This document shows, in pieces, positions 1 through 10,966 of a DNA stretch of 64,000 nt (positions are counted from its first letter, which is position 1; every line of letters starts with the position of its first letter). Source of the DNA: Prochlorococcus sp. AG-679-M23 (lineage in GTDB: Bacteria; Cyanobacteriota; Cyanobacteriia; PCC-6307; Cyanobiaceae); contig QCUR01000003.1 in NCBI GenBank assembly GCA_003208875.1, positions 32,001-96,000 on the forward strand, read 5' to 3'. The notes below the pieces were generated by a model. The model was not told the DNA's origin and did not search any database. It saw nothing but the letters and a program-made list of their open reading frames with translations. A program made the translations under genes and the position numbers.

Positions 1-1119
1 TGGTCCAAAAAAATATCCCATTGCAAAACATTGTGATAACAGTGCTAGTGCATAACCTTTTTTATTTGTAGGGGCAATACTGAAAACAACATCTGTAGAC
101 GTTGGTAGGAAGGAAGATGTGCCTAAACTTATTAAGACGATTGCAAAAAACACGAAATAAAAAGCTGCAATATTTAAATAACTAGATATAAATAACAAAA
201 GTGAGGCGAAAGAAAAGTTGATTAAGCTAAATTTCAATCCAAATAATTTTCCTTTTTTTGATATCCATGAACCAATTGGCCATTGTAAAATTAATAATAA
301 AATCAACTGAAAAGAAATTATAAAACTAATAACTTGTTCATTTAAGACATCTCTAATAACTCCACCCTTAACAAGATCAAGTGGTAATGTCACCTGAATT
401 AAAGCAAGAGATGTAGTTATCAATATCACAGATAAAACTATTATGGTTGTATTTTTATTCCATCTCTTTTGATAAATTTCAACTTCATCTAAAGCCTTTT
501 TTTGAGAGTTCTCTAAAGTTTTTTTTATAGACTTTTTATTTCTTAAAATCAAAAAAATAATTGAAAGCATACAAAATATATCATTAAAAAAAATCGATTT
601 GAGATAAATAAAATTATTCATAAATCCACCAATAAACACTCCTAAAAATATCCCTAAAGCCTCAGAAGTTCTAACGAGGGCATAAGCTTTTCTCGTATCA
701 ATAGGTTGACAAAAATATGGGACTACAAATTCTGCAGTAGGCCAATATATCCCCGCGGCTGCTCCAATAAAAGCTTGACCAAGGATGTAAAAGTAAATAT
801 CTTTTGAAATAATTAAACAAAATCCTGCAGCAATACTTATGAATGAAGAGATAACTAAAGGATTTTGAATTTTGCCTGTTTTATTTAGGTAATTTCCAGT
901 AACGATTCTTGTTAAAGTACCTATGATCGCTGATATCGTGAAACCTAGACCAATTTCTGTTGCTGACAATCCAATATTATTAAAAATAAGGGATGTTAAA
1001 TAAATTACTCCTCCTGCTCCAAATGAAGCAAAGAATCTTATTTTAGTTATTAACCTTAAATGAAAGGGAAATTGACTCCACCAAAGTTTAGATGTAAGTA
1101 ATTTATTCGGAATAACCAC
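1..1119 (-). CDS. MFS transporter (3' end runs off the window)
   Basis: Absent from the ORF track. Both ends translated manually in one frame: GTG at 1119 gives MVIPNKLLTSKLWWSQFPFHLRLITKIRFFASFGAGGVIYLTSLIF..., and the window edge gives ...LSQCFAMGYFFGP. Multiple hydrophobic segments. Start codon uncertain. Confidence 0.8.
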   Translation of the reverse strand, partial: MVIPNKLLTSKLWWSQFPFHLRLITKIRFFASFGAGGVIYLTSLIFNNIGLSATEIGLGFTISAIIGTLTRIVTGNYLNKTGKIQNPLVISSFISIAAGFCLIISKDIYFYILGQAFIGAAAGIYWPTAEFVVPYFCQPIDTRKAYALVRTSEALGIFLGVFIGGFMNNFIYLKSIFFNDIFCMLSIIFLILRNKKSIKKTLENSQKKALDEVEIYQKRWNKNTTIIVLSVILITTSLALIQVTLPLDLVKGGVIRDVLNEQVISFIISFQLILLLILQWPIGSWISKKGKLFGLKFSLINFSFASLLLFISSYLNIAAFYFVFFAIVLISLGTSSFLPTSTDVVFSIAPTNKKGYALALLSQCFAMGYFFGP

Positions 1120-1121
1120 AA

Positions 1122-2684
1122 TTGAAATTCATTTTTATACTTTTTTTAAGTTTCTTTAGTTTTTGTTCAGCAAAAGATGTAATGGCGGCTGAAAAGATAA
1201 ATATCAAGTTCGAAGAGATGTCAATCCCTTTAACTATAGATCAATTATTAAACTTAGAGAATTATAAGGATGATTCTACAGAAGTAATAGACTGGTTTAA
1301 GCAAAATGGTTTTTTAAAAGTATTTGAGATATCAAGATTTTTAAAATTCCCAGTTTTTAAAGAAGAAAGTTTAAACAGGCAAGTATTAAGAAGTTGGGTA
1401 GGTAACAAGATTCTTTCAGAATTAAGTAATACTATTTTGGTTCCTAATGACAAAGAGGGTATTAAGGTTTTTAATACAATAGAAAGTTTATTGGAATTCA
1501 AAAATGAAGTTTCGACTTTGGACATCCTAAAGGCTTTACCTTCAGAAGAAATTTCATTAGATATTGATAATTTAATTTTAATAATTTCTTCATGGAAAAA
1601 GGAATTAGCAAAACAACAAAGTCTAAACCTAAAATTAAAATCATTAGAAAAAACCAATAACTCTTTTTCTAAGAAAAAAATATATAAAGGGGATTCAGAT
1701 CTTATAAAAATTAATAAAAAAATTTATTCGTCTCATAGAAGTGAGCCTTTAAAAATTGAATTATGGAAAAATAAGAAAACCAAATCAAATAAAGATCTAA
1801 TCATATTTATGCCAGGACTTGGAGGAAATATTGATAATTTCAGATGGATTGGCATTGAATTAAGTAAGAGAGGTTGGCCCGTATTATTTATAGACCATGA
1901 AGGAAGTAATTCAGAGGCTTTTTTGGAAGTTATCGAAGGTACTAATTCAATTCCAACTAGTGCTGACTTTTTCTTATACCGTATCAAAGATTTAGATGCA
2001 GTAATAAAAGCGCATAACAATGGGAAATTAGGATTAGCCAATGATTCATATATTTTAATGGGACATTCATTAGGAGCTTTAATAGCTTTTTTGTATGAAG
2101 GTGATTTACCCAAAGATGACTTTGAAAAAAGATGTGATTTAGCTTTAAAAGATTTTGCAATAACAAATTTATCAAAATTACTCCAATGTCAATTAAACGA
2201 AATTCCTTTACCCGAAATAATCAATTCAAAGAAAGCAAATGGAATTATAGGGTTTAATTCATTTGGCAGCTTAATCTGGCCAAATGAAAAAAATTCTGGA
2301 ATTGAGATTCCAGTACTGTTAATTGGAGGAACTTATGATCTTATAACTCCTTTAATAAGTGAACAATTCAAAGTATTTTTATCTACGAATAATAATCCTT
2401 TAAATAGATTCTTGATTATTGAGGGATCAAGTCATTTTTCACCAATAAGAATCAATGATAAGTATTCAGAAAATATCAATAATAATGATATTTTTAAAAT
2501 CAATAAATCTTTTATTGGATCAAATCCTTACTCCTTTCAAAATTTATCTTTAAAAGTTATCGTAGAGTTTTTAGAAAATATAAAAAATAATGAAAGCATT
2601 AAAGTTATAAAAAATCAAACTGAAAGCAATCTTGATTTTCATCTTTTAGATAGAAAGAATTTAAAAGCAATAATCAAAAATTAG
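1122..2684 (+). CDS. alpha/beta hydrolase with N-terminal signal peptide (DUF1400-type N-terminus, dienelactone hydrolase-like)
   Basis: PGLGG oxyanion motif, GHSLG nucleophile elbow, DLITP and SHFS catalytic Asp/His motifs. Confidence 0.8.
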   Translation: MKFIFILFLSFFSFCSAKDVMAAEKINIKFEEMSIPLTIDQLLNLENYKDDSTEVIDWFKQNGFLKVFEISRFLKFPVFKEESLNRQVLRSWVGNKILSELSNTILVPNDKEGIKVFNTIESLLEFKNEVSTLDILKALPSEEISLDIDNLILIISSWKKELAKQQSLNLKLKSLEKTNNSFSKKKIYKGDSDLIKINKKIYSSHRSEPLKIELWKNKKTKSNKDLIIFMPGLGGNIDNFRWIGIELSKRGWPVLFIDHEGSNSEAFLEVIEGTNSIPTSADFFLYRIKDLDAVIKAHNNGKLGLANDSYILMGHSLGALIAFLYEGDLPKDDFEKRCDLALKDFAITNLSKLLQCQLNEIPLPEIINSKKANGIIGFNSFGSLIWPNEKNSGIEIPVLLIGGTYDLITPLISEQFKVFLSTNNNPLNRFLIIEGSSHFSPIRINDKYSENINNNDIFKINKSFIGSNPYSFQNLSLKVIVEFLENIKNNESIKVIKNQTESNLDFHLLDRKNLKAIIKN

Positions 2685-3703
2685 TATTCAATTCGAGGAT
2701 CTAATATAGCAATTAAAATATCTACAAAAAGATTTAGTGAGACTATTAGTAAAGAGGTGATAATTACAATTCCTTGAACAACAGTATAATCCCGTTGGGA
2801 AATAGCTTCATGTAACCTTAAAGCTATCCCTGGCCATGAAAAAGTAACTTCAAAAAGAAGCGCTCCTCCTGCCAAAGAAGCTATTGTCAAGCCTGAAATC
2901 GTAACAATAGGCAAAAGTGCATTAGGTAAAGAGTGATTTAAGAGAATTTTCCTTCTTGGAATCCCTCTACATAAAGCTGCATTTACATAATCACTTTTTA
3001 GTGTCTTGTCTAAATTTATTCTTAAAGATCTACTAAAAATTCCGCTCAATAGAAAGCCAAGAGTTATTGAAGGAAGCGCAAGATGATATAAGCTTTCTCT
3101 TAAATAGATAAGATTATTATTAAGAAGACTATCTAAAACTAGAAAGCCTGTAATTTTAGGTTGGCTATAAGTTATTGGGAACCTCCCACCAATTGGAAAA
3201 ATTCTTAAATATACCGAAAATATTAATTGAGCTAAAATTGCCCCCCAGAAAGGTGGAATTGCATATGAAGAGATTCCTATTACTCTAGCTATGTAATCAC
3301 CTTTTTTCCCTTTATTTTTTAAACCAAAAAAACCAAGCGGAAAGCCTATAAAGATTGCAAAGAATATTGAAAAGATACCTAGTTCTACACTCGCTGGCAA
3401 TGATTTAAGAATAATATCAAGAACAGGTTCTTGAGTACTTAAAGATTCTCCAAAATTTAAGTGCAAAATATTATTAATGTAAGAAAAATATTGACTAAGA
3501 AGAGACTCATTTAACCCTAATTTATATCTAAGAATTTCTCTTGAAGCCTCATTAGCTCCAGATCCTAAAATTGCGTCAACTGGGTCTCCTGGCGCAACTC
3601 TCAACAAAACAAAAACTAATGTAGATATAATCCATAACATTAAAGGAATTAAAGAAATCTTTAATAAAGAATAATTTAAAAGTTTATTAAGATCTCTACT
3701 CAT
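2681..3703 (-). CDS. dppB: ABC peptide/nickel transporter permease (DppB/OppB family)
   Basis: APGDPV, LNFGESL and DYVNAALCRG (EAA loop) motifs. Start placed at ATG 3703, overlapping the upstream stop; the track gives 3721. Confidence 0.85.
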   Translation of the reverse strand: MSRDLNKLLNYSLLKISLIPLMLWIISTLVFVLLRVAPGDPVDAILGSGANEASREILRYKLGLNESLLSQYFSYINNILHLNFGESLSTQEPVLDIILKSLPASVELGIFSIFFAIFIGFPLGFFGLKNKGKKGDYIARVIGISSYAIPPFWGAILAQLIFSVYLRIFPIGGRFPITYSQPKITGFLVLDSLLNNNLIYLRESLYHLALPSITLGFLLSGIFSRSLRINLDKTLKSDYVNAALCRGIPRRKILLNHSLPNALLPIVTISGLTIASLAGGALLFEVTFSWPGIALRLHEAISQRDYTVVQGIVIITSLLIVSLNLFVDILIAILDPRIEY

Positions 3704-5267
3704 TAATAAATTTGAGATCACTCATTAAAATAATTCCTGCACCATTAAAAATAGGTTTTGAAATTTCATTTTGCGACCAAGCTTTTTGAGATGAAATCCA
3801 TATTGGAATATAAGGTATTGATTCTGAAGCTATTTTCTCTATTTCGATTAATTTCGATAATCTTTCTTTACCGTTTAAATTTTCGCTATCAAGAAATAAA
3901 TCTTCTACTGTATTTGATCCCCAAAAACTTCCGCTGTAAACTGATTCTCCTTTTTTACAGTTTTTAACCTCTATTTCACTACAACTTAGAAGGGGGGTTA
4001 AATATGCCTCGGGATCAGAATAAGCACCTGTCCAATCAAGAATAACCGCTGTATATATTCCTAAATTTAGATTCTTATAAATAGTTGTAGACTCTACTCC
4101 GTTGAGTTTAATATTAATACATTCATTCAAAATATTTTTTATTTGTTCTTGCCAAGAAAGTGCAATAAGTTTATCAGCAGGTACGTTAGATCTATAAGTA
4201 AGAGGAAAATCCAAAACATTACCGTTACAGTAGCCTTCTTTTTGTAGTAAAACTTTTGCTTCTAATGGATCATATTTTGGCCATAATTCTTTCTTATTTT
4301 TTTTATAAATTGGTGGAACAAGTGATCTTGAGGGTTGCCTTAATCCATAACTAACCTTTTCGCTAATGAATTCCCTATTAAGACTTTTAGCTATAGCCAA
4401 CCTTACATTAAGATTATTTAAGGGATAAGAATTTGTTCTTAGACTAATAAAACTTATTTCTGTAGCAGGGCTCTTTCCTTCTTTAATTTCTTTGTTATTA
4501 CTTAATAAATTTAAATTATTTCTTTGAATATCATCGATTGAATTTGATAAAAGAACATCAATTTGTTTACTTTTTAAAGCTCCAAAAAGAGAAGAAGAGT
4601 TGGAATATCCAATAAAACTAATACCTTCATTATTAGGTTTATCACTCCAATAATTTAAATTTGGTTCAATTATTTGAATTTCATTTGAAAATCTCTTCAA
4701 TATATATTTACCTGTACCAACAAATTTATCATTTAAAAATTTATCAGAATAATCTTTATAATAAGTGGGTGAAATAGGTGTCAAATTTATAGATGTTAGT
4801 AAACCATTAACAGAGCTTGATGGTTTATTTAGATTAATGATTACCTTATATTTGCTTGGAGTTTCTATAGATTTTATTTTATTCCCCAAGATATAATTCA
4901 TTGTTCCGATTCTTTTAAATCTATCAAAAGAAAACTTTATAGCGTTTGAATTAAATAAAGTTCCATCATGAAAAAGAACATTTTTTTTAAGATTAATTAT
5001 TATTTGTAATTTATCTTTTGAAAAAATTGGCATTTCTGATGCTAATTCAGGAATCAATTCTCCTTCAGAATTTAATTCATATAAAGTATCACCAAGTGAA
5101 CTTAATAATTGCAGTGATTTAAGAGTGCTTGCCCTAGCAGGATCTAACGATTCAATTTTACCTGAACTTGCAACTATAATTCTTTTGGATTTATTATTAG
5201 AGACGCAAGAATATTGTGATAAAGAAATTAAAAAAACGAATAAAGCTATTAAAAAATTATTGTGCAT
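3696..5267 (-). CDS. dppA: ABC peptide transporter substrate-binding lipoprotein (family 5)
   Basis: Lipobox-like YSC; SLDPA, PELA, FHDGT and VGTGKY family-5 motifs. Confidence 0.85.
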   Translation of the reverse strand: MHNNFLIALFVFLISLSQYSCVSNNKSKRIIVASSGKIESLDPARASTLKSLQLLSSLGDTLYELNSEGELIPELASEMPIFSKDKLQIIINLKKNVLFHDGTLFNSNAIKFSFDRFKRIGTMNYILGNKIKSIETPSKYKVIINLNKPSSSVNGLLTSINLTPISPTYYKDYSDKFLNDKFVGTGKYILKRFSNEIQIIEPNLNYWSDKPNNEGISFIGYSNSSSLFGALKSKQIDVLLSNSIDDIQRNNLNLLSNNKEIKEGKSPATEISFISLRTNSYPLNNLNVRLAIAKSLNREFISEKVSYGLRQPSRSLVPPIYKKNKKELWPKYDPLEAKVLLQKEGYCNGNVLDFPLTYRSNVPADKLIALSWQEQIKNILNECINIKLNGVESTTIYKNLNLGIYTAVILDWTGAYSDPEAYLTPLLSCSEIEVKNCKKGESVYSGSFWGSNTVEDLFLDSENLNGKERLSKLIEIEKIASESIPYIPIWISSQKAWSQNEISKPIFNGAGIILMSDLKFINE

Positions 5268-5288
5268 AACATTTGATTTTTCAGAAAT

Positions 5289-5549
5289 TTACTTTTCATT
5301 AAAAGTATCAGAGCAATAGGTTTGTAGTGTAATTTGATTAATTTCCAAGGAGAATGTCTTATTAACTTCCAAAGCGAAGGGCCACTCTCTTATCCAACAA
5401 ACTTTACTCTCTGGATTAATTCCTACAACCTGAAATGTCTTTTGACTATTTTTAATTTTCACACACGCCCCTTTATAGAGGTTTTTATAACTGTTATTAG
5501 GATTAAATTTAAAATTTTTTTTTATTTCTACTAATTTTGAAAAACTCAT
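5289..5549 (-). CDS. small hypothetical protein
   Basis: 86-aa ORF co-oriented with its neighbours, filling the gap between hom and dppA. Confidence 0.65.
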   Translation of the reverse strand: MSFSKLVEIKKNFKFNPNNSYKNLYKGACVKIKNSQKTFQVVGINPESKVCWIREWPFALEVNKTFSLEINQITLQTYCSDTFNEK

Positions 5550-5612
5550 TACATAAATACATTTCCTCTCTTTGGTTTAGCAAGCTAAAGAGAGATATGC
5601 AAATGTTTTTTT

Positions 5613-6914
5613 TCAAATACAACTTAATTGGCTAGCAATTAATTCAACTTCAGAAAGTGCATTAATTTCCCTTTTTGATTTTTCAAATTTACCATTTGAG
5701 ACTTCGTGTGTGATAACAACTATTTCTGCTTTATTTTCACTTGCATCTAATTGGACAATTGATTCTATTGATACATCATTCTTACCAAAGAGATCTCCAA
5801 TCTTACCAATCACTCCTGGACTATCTAAACAAATAATTCTGAGATAATTCTTTTTTGATATTTGATTAGAATCAATGATATGACAGTCTCTCCAAAAATT
5901 AAAAGATAATAATGGATCAATGGATTTCGTATCCTTTGTTAATGAAGACTGAAGATTTAAAATATCAGAAACAACAGAAGCAGCGGTTGGTCCACTTCCC
6001 GCGCCTGGTCCGTACAACATTATTTCCCCTAGAGGATCAGCATCTATAAGGATGGCATTATTCACACCATCAACCGTTGCCAAAGGATGAGATTTGGGGA
6101 TTAAAGAAGGACCTACCCAAATATTTAGGGGAAGAGAATCATTAATGTTGATGGCATTTCTTTCAGAAAAGGCTAAAAGTTTTATTTCAAAACCTAGTTT
6201 ATTTGCATATTCAATATCTTTAATATCTATTTGATTTATACCCTCTGTACTAATTGAATCTCTATTGATTTCACCTCCAAATGCGAGTTCAGAAAGAATT
6301 GAAATCTTATCAGCCGCATCGTGTCCTTCAACATCAGCAGTTGGATCAAATTCTGCGAAACCAAGTTTCTGAGCTAATTGTAATGTTGCCTTATAATCAG
6401 CTTTTTCATTTGACATTTTTGTAAGTATAAAATTTGTTGTACCGTTTATAATCCCAACCATTTTATTTATTTGATTACTTTTAAGAGATCTTTTTAAAGG
6501 TTCAATTATTGGAATCCCTCCACATACTGCTGCTTCTGTTAAAACATAAACTCCATTCTTAGCGGCTGTGGAATATATTTCACTCCCAAATCTTGCAATT
6601 ACCGCTTTATTAGCTGTAACTACTGATTTTCGAGCCTTTAAAGATTTCAGAATAATATCTCTGGCTATATCAGTACCTCCCATTACTTCTACAATCACGT
6701 CAACATTTGGATCTTTAATTAGTTCATAAGGATCATTTATTAATAGATTATTCTCTAATTTAATGTCCCTTTTTTTATTGATATTTTTAACAGCTATTCC
6801 TACGATTTCTATATCTTTTAAAATTGGATGTAGGTCATTTGTCGATTTTAGGATTTCATAAATACCTTTTCCTACAGTTCCAAAACCAATAATTCCAATT
6901 TTACATTTTTGCAT
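5613..6914 (-). CDS. hom: homoserine dehydrogenase with C-terminal ACT domain
   Basis: GFGTVG, VVTANK, GGIPII, NGTTNFIL and GPGAG motifs; ACT domain DSPGVIGKI. Confidence 0.95.
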   Translation of the reverse strand: MQKCKIGIIGFGTVGKGIYEILKSTNDLHPILKDIEIVGIAVKNINKKRDIKLENNLLINDPYELIKDPNVDVIVEVMGGTDIARDIILKSLKARKSVVTANKAVIARFGSEIYSTAAKNGVYVLTEAAVCGGIPIIEPLKRSLKSNQINKMVGIINGTTNFILTKMSNEKADYKATLQLAQKLGFAEFDPTADVEGHDAADKISILSELAFGGEINRDSISTEGINQIDIKDIEYANKLGFEIKLLAFSERNAININDSLPLNIWVGPSLIPKSHPLATVDGVNNAILIDADPLGEIMLYGPGAGSGPTAASVVSDILNLQSSLTKDTKSIDPLLSFNFWRDCHIIDSNQISKKNYLRIICLDSPGVIGKIGDLFGKNDVSIESIVQLDASENKAEIVVITHEVSNGKFEKSKREINALSEVELIASQLSCI

Positions 6915-6949
6915 TAGTTATCTTTTATTGTAATTTCAATTTTATAATA

Positions 6950-7375
6950 TTATTTCGACAAAAAATCATTTGCCTGAGACTGCATTTTTAAGAGAATATT
7001 TAAAAAACCATTTGATCTTGATGGGGTTAGACTTGCCTTTAGACCAGTATCTTCTATAAATTTATTGTTTATGTTAACTACTTGTTTTGGCGTTAATTCA
7101 TTCATTCCATTGATGAGGAATGCAAGTAATCCCTTTGTTATCAAAGCATCAGAATAGCCTTCCCAATAAAGTTTACCTTCTTGAAAACTTGCTTTAACAA
7201 AGACTTCAGAAACACATCCTTGAACTTTATTTTCGGGAATTAAGATACTATTATTTGGTTCTTTCAATTTTTTACCCAACCATAAAATGAACTCATATTT
7301 TCTTTTGGGATCTTCTGCGTTTTTCAGTTTCTCAACTAATTTATGTAATTCAATATAAGTTTCTTTTTTTTCCAT
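6950..7375 (-). CDS. sufE: SufE family Fe-S assembly sulfur acceptor
   Basis: VQGCVSEV, SDALITKG and LTPSRSNG motifs. Confidence 0.9.
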   Translation of the reverse strand: MEKKETYIELHKLVEKLKNAEDPKRKYEFILWLGKKLKEPNNSILIPENKVQGCVSEVFVKASFQEGKLYWEGYSDALITKGLLAFLINGMNELTPKQVVNINNKFIEDTGLKASLTPSRSNGFLNILLKMQSQANDFLSK

Positions 7376-7412
7376 TGTTATAAAACTTTTAAATCACTAA
7401 ATTAGATATACA

Positions 7413-7970
7413 TTATACTAATATTTCTTTTTCCGTTATAAAACCTGATAGAGGGATATCCCAATCAGCTCTAGTCAAAAATTTATCGCTTACACAATTA
7501 GAGGTTAAGATACCAATACATGGAATAGATCTCCAATTTTTATCTTCCCTTAATTTATCAAAATATCCTCCACCGTATCCTAATCTTATTAAGTTTTTAT
7601 CAACGGAAAGACACGGAATAAACATCATACTAATTTTTTCATAACTTAATTTATTTGAAGAATAAGGAGCTGGTATCCCATGTAAATCTTTGGATAATTG
7701 TTTCTTATCCCATGCACAAAATAAGAGATTTTTGTTTTCTTCACATCTCGGCAAAGCTAATAAATATTCATGATCAAGACTTCTTAAATCAACTTCATTT
7801 TCAAGAGGCCAATAAATTCCTATATACTTTTTTTTTAAATCTTTTCTAAAAATTGAATCAACATATTTTTTTACATTGATTTCGACTTTTCTCATATCAA
7901 TAGCTGAACTTTTATTTCTCAAATTTCTAAAAAATTTTCTTTCGAAATTCTTTTTTTCTGAGATAATCAT
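7413..7970 (-). CDS. 5-formyltetrahydrofolate cyclo-ligase
   Basis: RLGYGGGYFD and WDIPL motifs. Confidence 0.9.
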   Translation of the reverse strand: MIISEKKNFERKFFRNLRNKSSAIDMRKVEINVKKYVDSIFRKDLKKKYIGIYWPLENEVDLRSLDHEYLLALPRCEENKNLLFCAWDKKQLSKDLHGIPAPYSSNKLSYEKISMMFIPCLSVDKNLIRLGYGGGYFDKLREDKNWRSIPCIGILTSNCVSDKFLTRADWDIPLSGFITEKEILV

Positions 7971-7979
7971 AATTTATAT

Positions 7980-8453
7980 TTAATTAAATCCTTCTTCATT
8001 TAATTTTGTAAGGGCTATGGCTAATGCATCTGCAGAGTCATCAGGTTTTGGTGCACGGGTTAAATTTAGGTTATACATAACCGCTTCAATAACTTCCTTC
8101 TTAGATGCTTTGCCAGATCCTGCGATAGTAAGCTTGACTTGAGAAGGGGCGAACTCACTAACTTTAATGCTTTTGGAAGCAAATACCATCATAATAACTC
8201 CCCGAGCCTGAACAACACTAATGGTAGTGCTAGATCTATAAAAGAAAAATTTCTCTACCGCAGCAATATCAGGTTTCCACTGATCAATCAATGTATTGAG
8301 ATCATTAAAAATTTCATAAAGTCTATCTCCTTCCTCTTTATTTTTATTAGTTTCAATTACCCCACAATCAAGAAATATCTTCTTTTCATTTTGAATCTCA
8401 ATAATTCCATATCCAACTCTTCCTAATCCAGGATCAATTCCAATAATCCTCAC
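7980..8453 (-). CDS. ruvC: Holliday junction resolvase RuvC
   Basis: IIGIDPG, AVEKFF and DDSADALA motifs. Start placed at GTG 8453, just after the chlI stop; the track start 8504 overlaps chlI. Confidence 0.93.
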   Translation of the reverse strand: MRIIGIDPGLGRVGYGIIEIQNEKKIFLDCGVIETNKNKEEGDRLYEIFNDLNTLIDQWKPDIAAVEKFFFYRSSTTISVVQARGVIMMVFASKSIKVSEFAPSQVKLTIAGSGKASKKEVIEAVMYNLNLTRAPKPDDSADALAIALTKLNEEGFN

Positions 8454-8457
8454 TTTA

Positions 8458-9546
8458 TTATTCTTGTGATGATAATTGAAATTTGGAAAGGTCTTCTTTT
8501 TCATTCAAATCAAATATTTTACAGAATGCTTGAATGACTCTTTCTCCTGAATCGACTTGCTCTAAGGGATCTTTTCTTAATCGATGCCTCAAAGAACATG
8601 TAATTACTCTAGCGATATCTTCTTCTTGCACTTCAGTTCTTCCCTCAAATGCAGCAATTGCCTTTGCAGATCGATTAGTTACAATATCACCTCTTAATCC
8701 ATCAACATCAAGTTCGCCACATACAGCAGATATATTTAATCTAAGATCATCATCCAATTGAACTGAATTTAATATCTCTTGAGCTTTGATAACTTTTTGC
8801 TGTAGGTCATCTTGCTGTTTCTCAACACTTATTGAGAATTCATCGGGATTATCATCAAATGAAGTTCGCTGATCAACAACTTTAACCCTTAATTCTGCAT
8901 CTCTTACTGTCTTAACCTCAACGCTCATACCAAACCTATCTAATAACTGGGGCCTAAGTTCTCCTTCTTCTGGATTGCCAGAGCCAATTAAAACAAATCT
9001 TGCAGGATGTCTAACTGAAACTCCCTCTCTCTCAACAGTATTCCATCCAGATGCGGCGGAATCTAAAAGAACATCAACTAAATGATCGTCGAGTAGATTA
9101 ACTTCGTCTACGTATAACAAGCCTCTATTAGCTTTTGCTAATAAGCCGGGTTCAAATGCCTTAATTCCTTCGCTTAAAGCCTTCTCTATATCAATAGTTC
9201 CGCACAATCTGTCTTCTGTTGCCCCCAATGGTAAATCAACCATTGGGACCTTTTTTTTATCTTTCTCCAAACTTTCTCCCTGTACAATTTTCTCTAAAAC
9301 TTCTTTACTCTGTAAATCAGGATCTATAAGTGAACTATTATATGGATCATCTTTAACAACATCTATAGCTGGTAACAAGTCTGCTAGAGCTCTTATAGTT
9401 GTAGATTTACCAGTTCCTCTGTCACCCATAATCATTACTCCTCCAATTCTTGGATCTATAACATTTAACAAAAGAGCTAATTTCATTTCTTCTTGACCAA
9501 TTACAGCAGTAAAAGGAAAAACTCTTCTTTTCTTTGTTGTATTCAC
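8458..9546 (-). CDS. chlI: magnesium chelatase subunit I
   Basis: [30 protein letters not shown] and [11 protein letters not shown] motifs. Confidence 0.97.
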   Translation of the reverse strand: MNTTKKRRVFPFTAVIGQEEMKLALLLNVIDPRIGGVMIMGDRGTGKSTTIRALADLLPAIDVVKDDPYNSSLIDPDLQSKEVLEKIVQGESLEKDKKKVPMVDLPLGATEDRLCGTIDIEKALSEGIKAFEPGLLAKANRGLLYVDEVNLLDDHLVDVLLDSAASGWNTVEREGVSVRHPARFVLIGSGNPEEGELRPQLLDRFGMSVEVKTVRDAELRVKVVDQRTSFDDNPDEFSISVEKQQDDLQQKVIKAQEILNSVQLDDDLRLNISAVCGELDVDGLRGDIVTNRSAKAIAAFEGRTEVQEEDIARVITCSLRHRLRKDPLEQVDSGERVIQAFCKIFDLNEKEDLSKFQLSSQE

Positions 9547-9812
9547 AGCTTTAGTTTTTACTTTATTTTCGAATGATCAATAGATGATACTTCAGAAAAT
9601 GTTTTTAGTAAATATCCAAATTAAATTGAACGTTTTTGCTATATTTGATCTTATTTATGTACAAATTTATTTCTTAATCTAATTAAATTTTTTGGAGTCT
9701 ATTTTTTACCATATAATCTGACGTTTATAATATATTTGAGACTACATTCCTAAAAGAAGGGCTAAGTAAAAAAATATCAACTTTTCATGCATTTTTAATT
9801 AAATTTATAAAT

Positions 9813-10556
9813 TCACTTGCCTTTTGAATTATTTAAAAACCAGTTAATTTGGTGAACGATTCCTCTCAAGACATTAATATCATAACTTGACGTCTTTGCT
9901 TTTAATAAATATTTTTTGAATTTACTGATTTTTGAATTAGCTGTATGTTCCAAAAGATACCCAGTTTTAAGAAGCATTTCTTCTATTTCTTTAAAAGATT
10001 CATAAATTTGTTTTGATGATGCAAGGTCAAAAACTTGTAAATCTTTCTCTACATTATTTGTTAAAGATTTATTTAATTCATACAAGATTATTGAAACTGC
10101 ATGAGATAGGTTTAAAGAAGGATAGTTTTGAGAAGTTTTAATATTAAGAATCTTATGTGCAAAAAGTAATTCATTATTACTTAATCCTCTATCCTCTCTT
10201 CCAAATAAAATACCTAAATTATTAATCTCAAGAAAAGATGAAATCCATTCAGATATGTCCTCAGGAGATTCACATTCAATATCATTACTTAAATCAATCC
10301 TTCCACACGTAGCAATAACCAAATCACAATCAAAAATTGCATTCTCAATACTTTTAAAAATTTTACAATTATCAATATATCTATGTCCTTTAAGAGCCAT
10401 TTTTTTTGCATCTAAGGAAAAAATATCACATTTTGGAGAAACAATCCTTAATTCATTAACATCAAAATTAGAACATAATCTTGCGATACTTCCAACATTT
10501 AAAGGTCCATTTGGTTCGACCAATACAACATTCAAGTTAAGTCTTTTTTTCTTCAA
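9813..10556 (-). CDS. SPOUT RNA methyltransferase (TrmH/TrmJ family)
   Basis: VVLVEP..NVGSIAR, FGREDRGL and SLNLSHAV motifs. Confidence 0.9.
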   Translation of the reverse strand: MKKKRLNLNVVLVEPNGPLNVGSIARLCSNFDVNELRIVSPKCDIFSLDAKKMALKGHRYIDNCKIFKSIENAIFDCDLVIATCGRIDLSNDIECESPEDISEWISSFLEINNLGILFGREDRGLSNNELLFAHKILNIKTSQNYPSLNLSHAVSIILYELNKSLTNNVEKDLQVFDLASSKQIYESFKEIEEMLLKTGYLLEHTANSKISKFKKYLLKAKTSSYDINVLRGIVHQINWFLNNSKGK

Positions 10557-10558
10557 GT

Positions 10559-10966
10559 TTATTGCAAGCTATGTAAATACGTTAATAAATTAGACATGTT
10601 TTGAGGATCAATTTCAAAACTTGGCATAGGAGGGGTAACTCCCTCAATTACTTGCTTTATGATTTCTGCATCATTTAAACGCAGGGTTATTGAATGTAAA
10701 TCTGGTCCAACTAATCCTCTCGCAGTAATACCATGGCATCCAACACAATTCATTTTAAAGAGAGTATCTCCTTCTTTAACTGAACCGTTGAGTTCAAGAG
10801 TTTTAAGAATATATGTATTATTTTCTTCATGATTAAAATAAAAGAAAGAGCCACTTATTAATAAAAAAACACAAACAATAAAAACCCGTTTCCAAATTTT
10901 CGTTTTCAAAGTTTTTTCTGATGCAGATGATGAAGATGTTGTCACAAAAAAATGTCTCTGTGTCAC
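10559..10966 (-). CDS. cytM: cytochrome cM
   Basis: CVGCH heme motif, N-terminal TM helix, GPDL and PPMP (axial Met). Alternative start GTG 10945. Confidence 0.88.
   Translation of the reverse strand: MTQRHFFVTTSSSSASEKTLKTKIWKRVFIVCVFLLISGSFFYFNHEENNTYILKTLELNGSVKEGDTLFKMNCVGCHGITARGLVGPDLHSITLRLNDAEIIKQVIEGVTPPMPSFEIDPQNMSNLLTYLHSLQ

Noticed and set aside
8447..8453. 7-nt Yfr1-complementary GUGAGGA at the proposed ruvC start codon
   Set aside because: It is too short to separate from chance and is constrained by the coding sequence.
9742..9792. 16-codon hydrophobic ORF MHEKLIFFYLALLLGM in the gap between chlI and the RNA methyltransferase gene
   Set aside because: It is too short, and such peptides are expected in AT-rich DNA. 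A gene remnant cannot be supported without a homology search.
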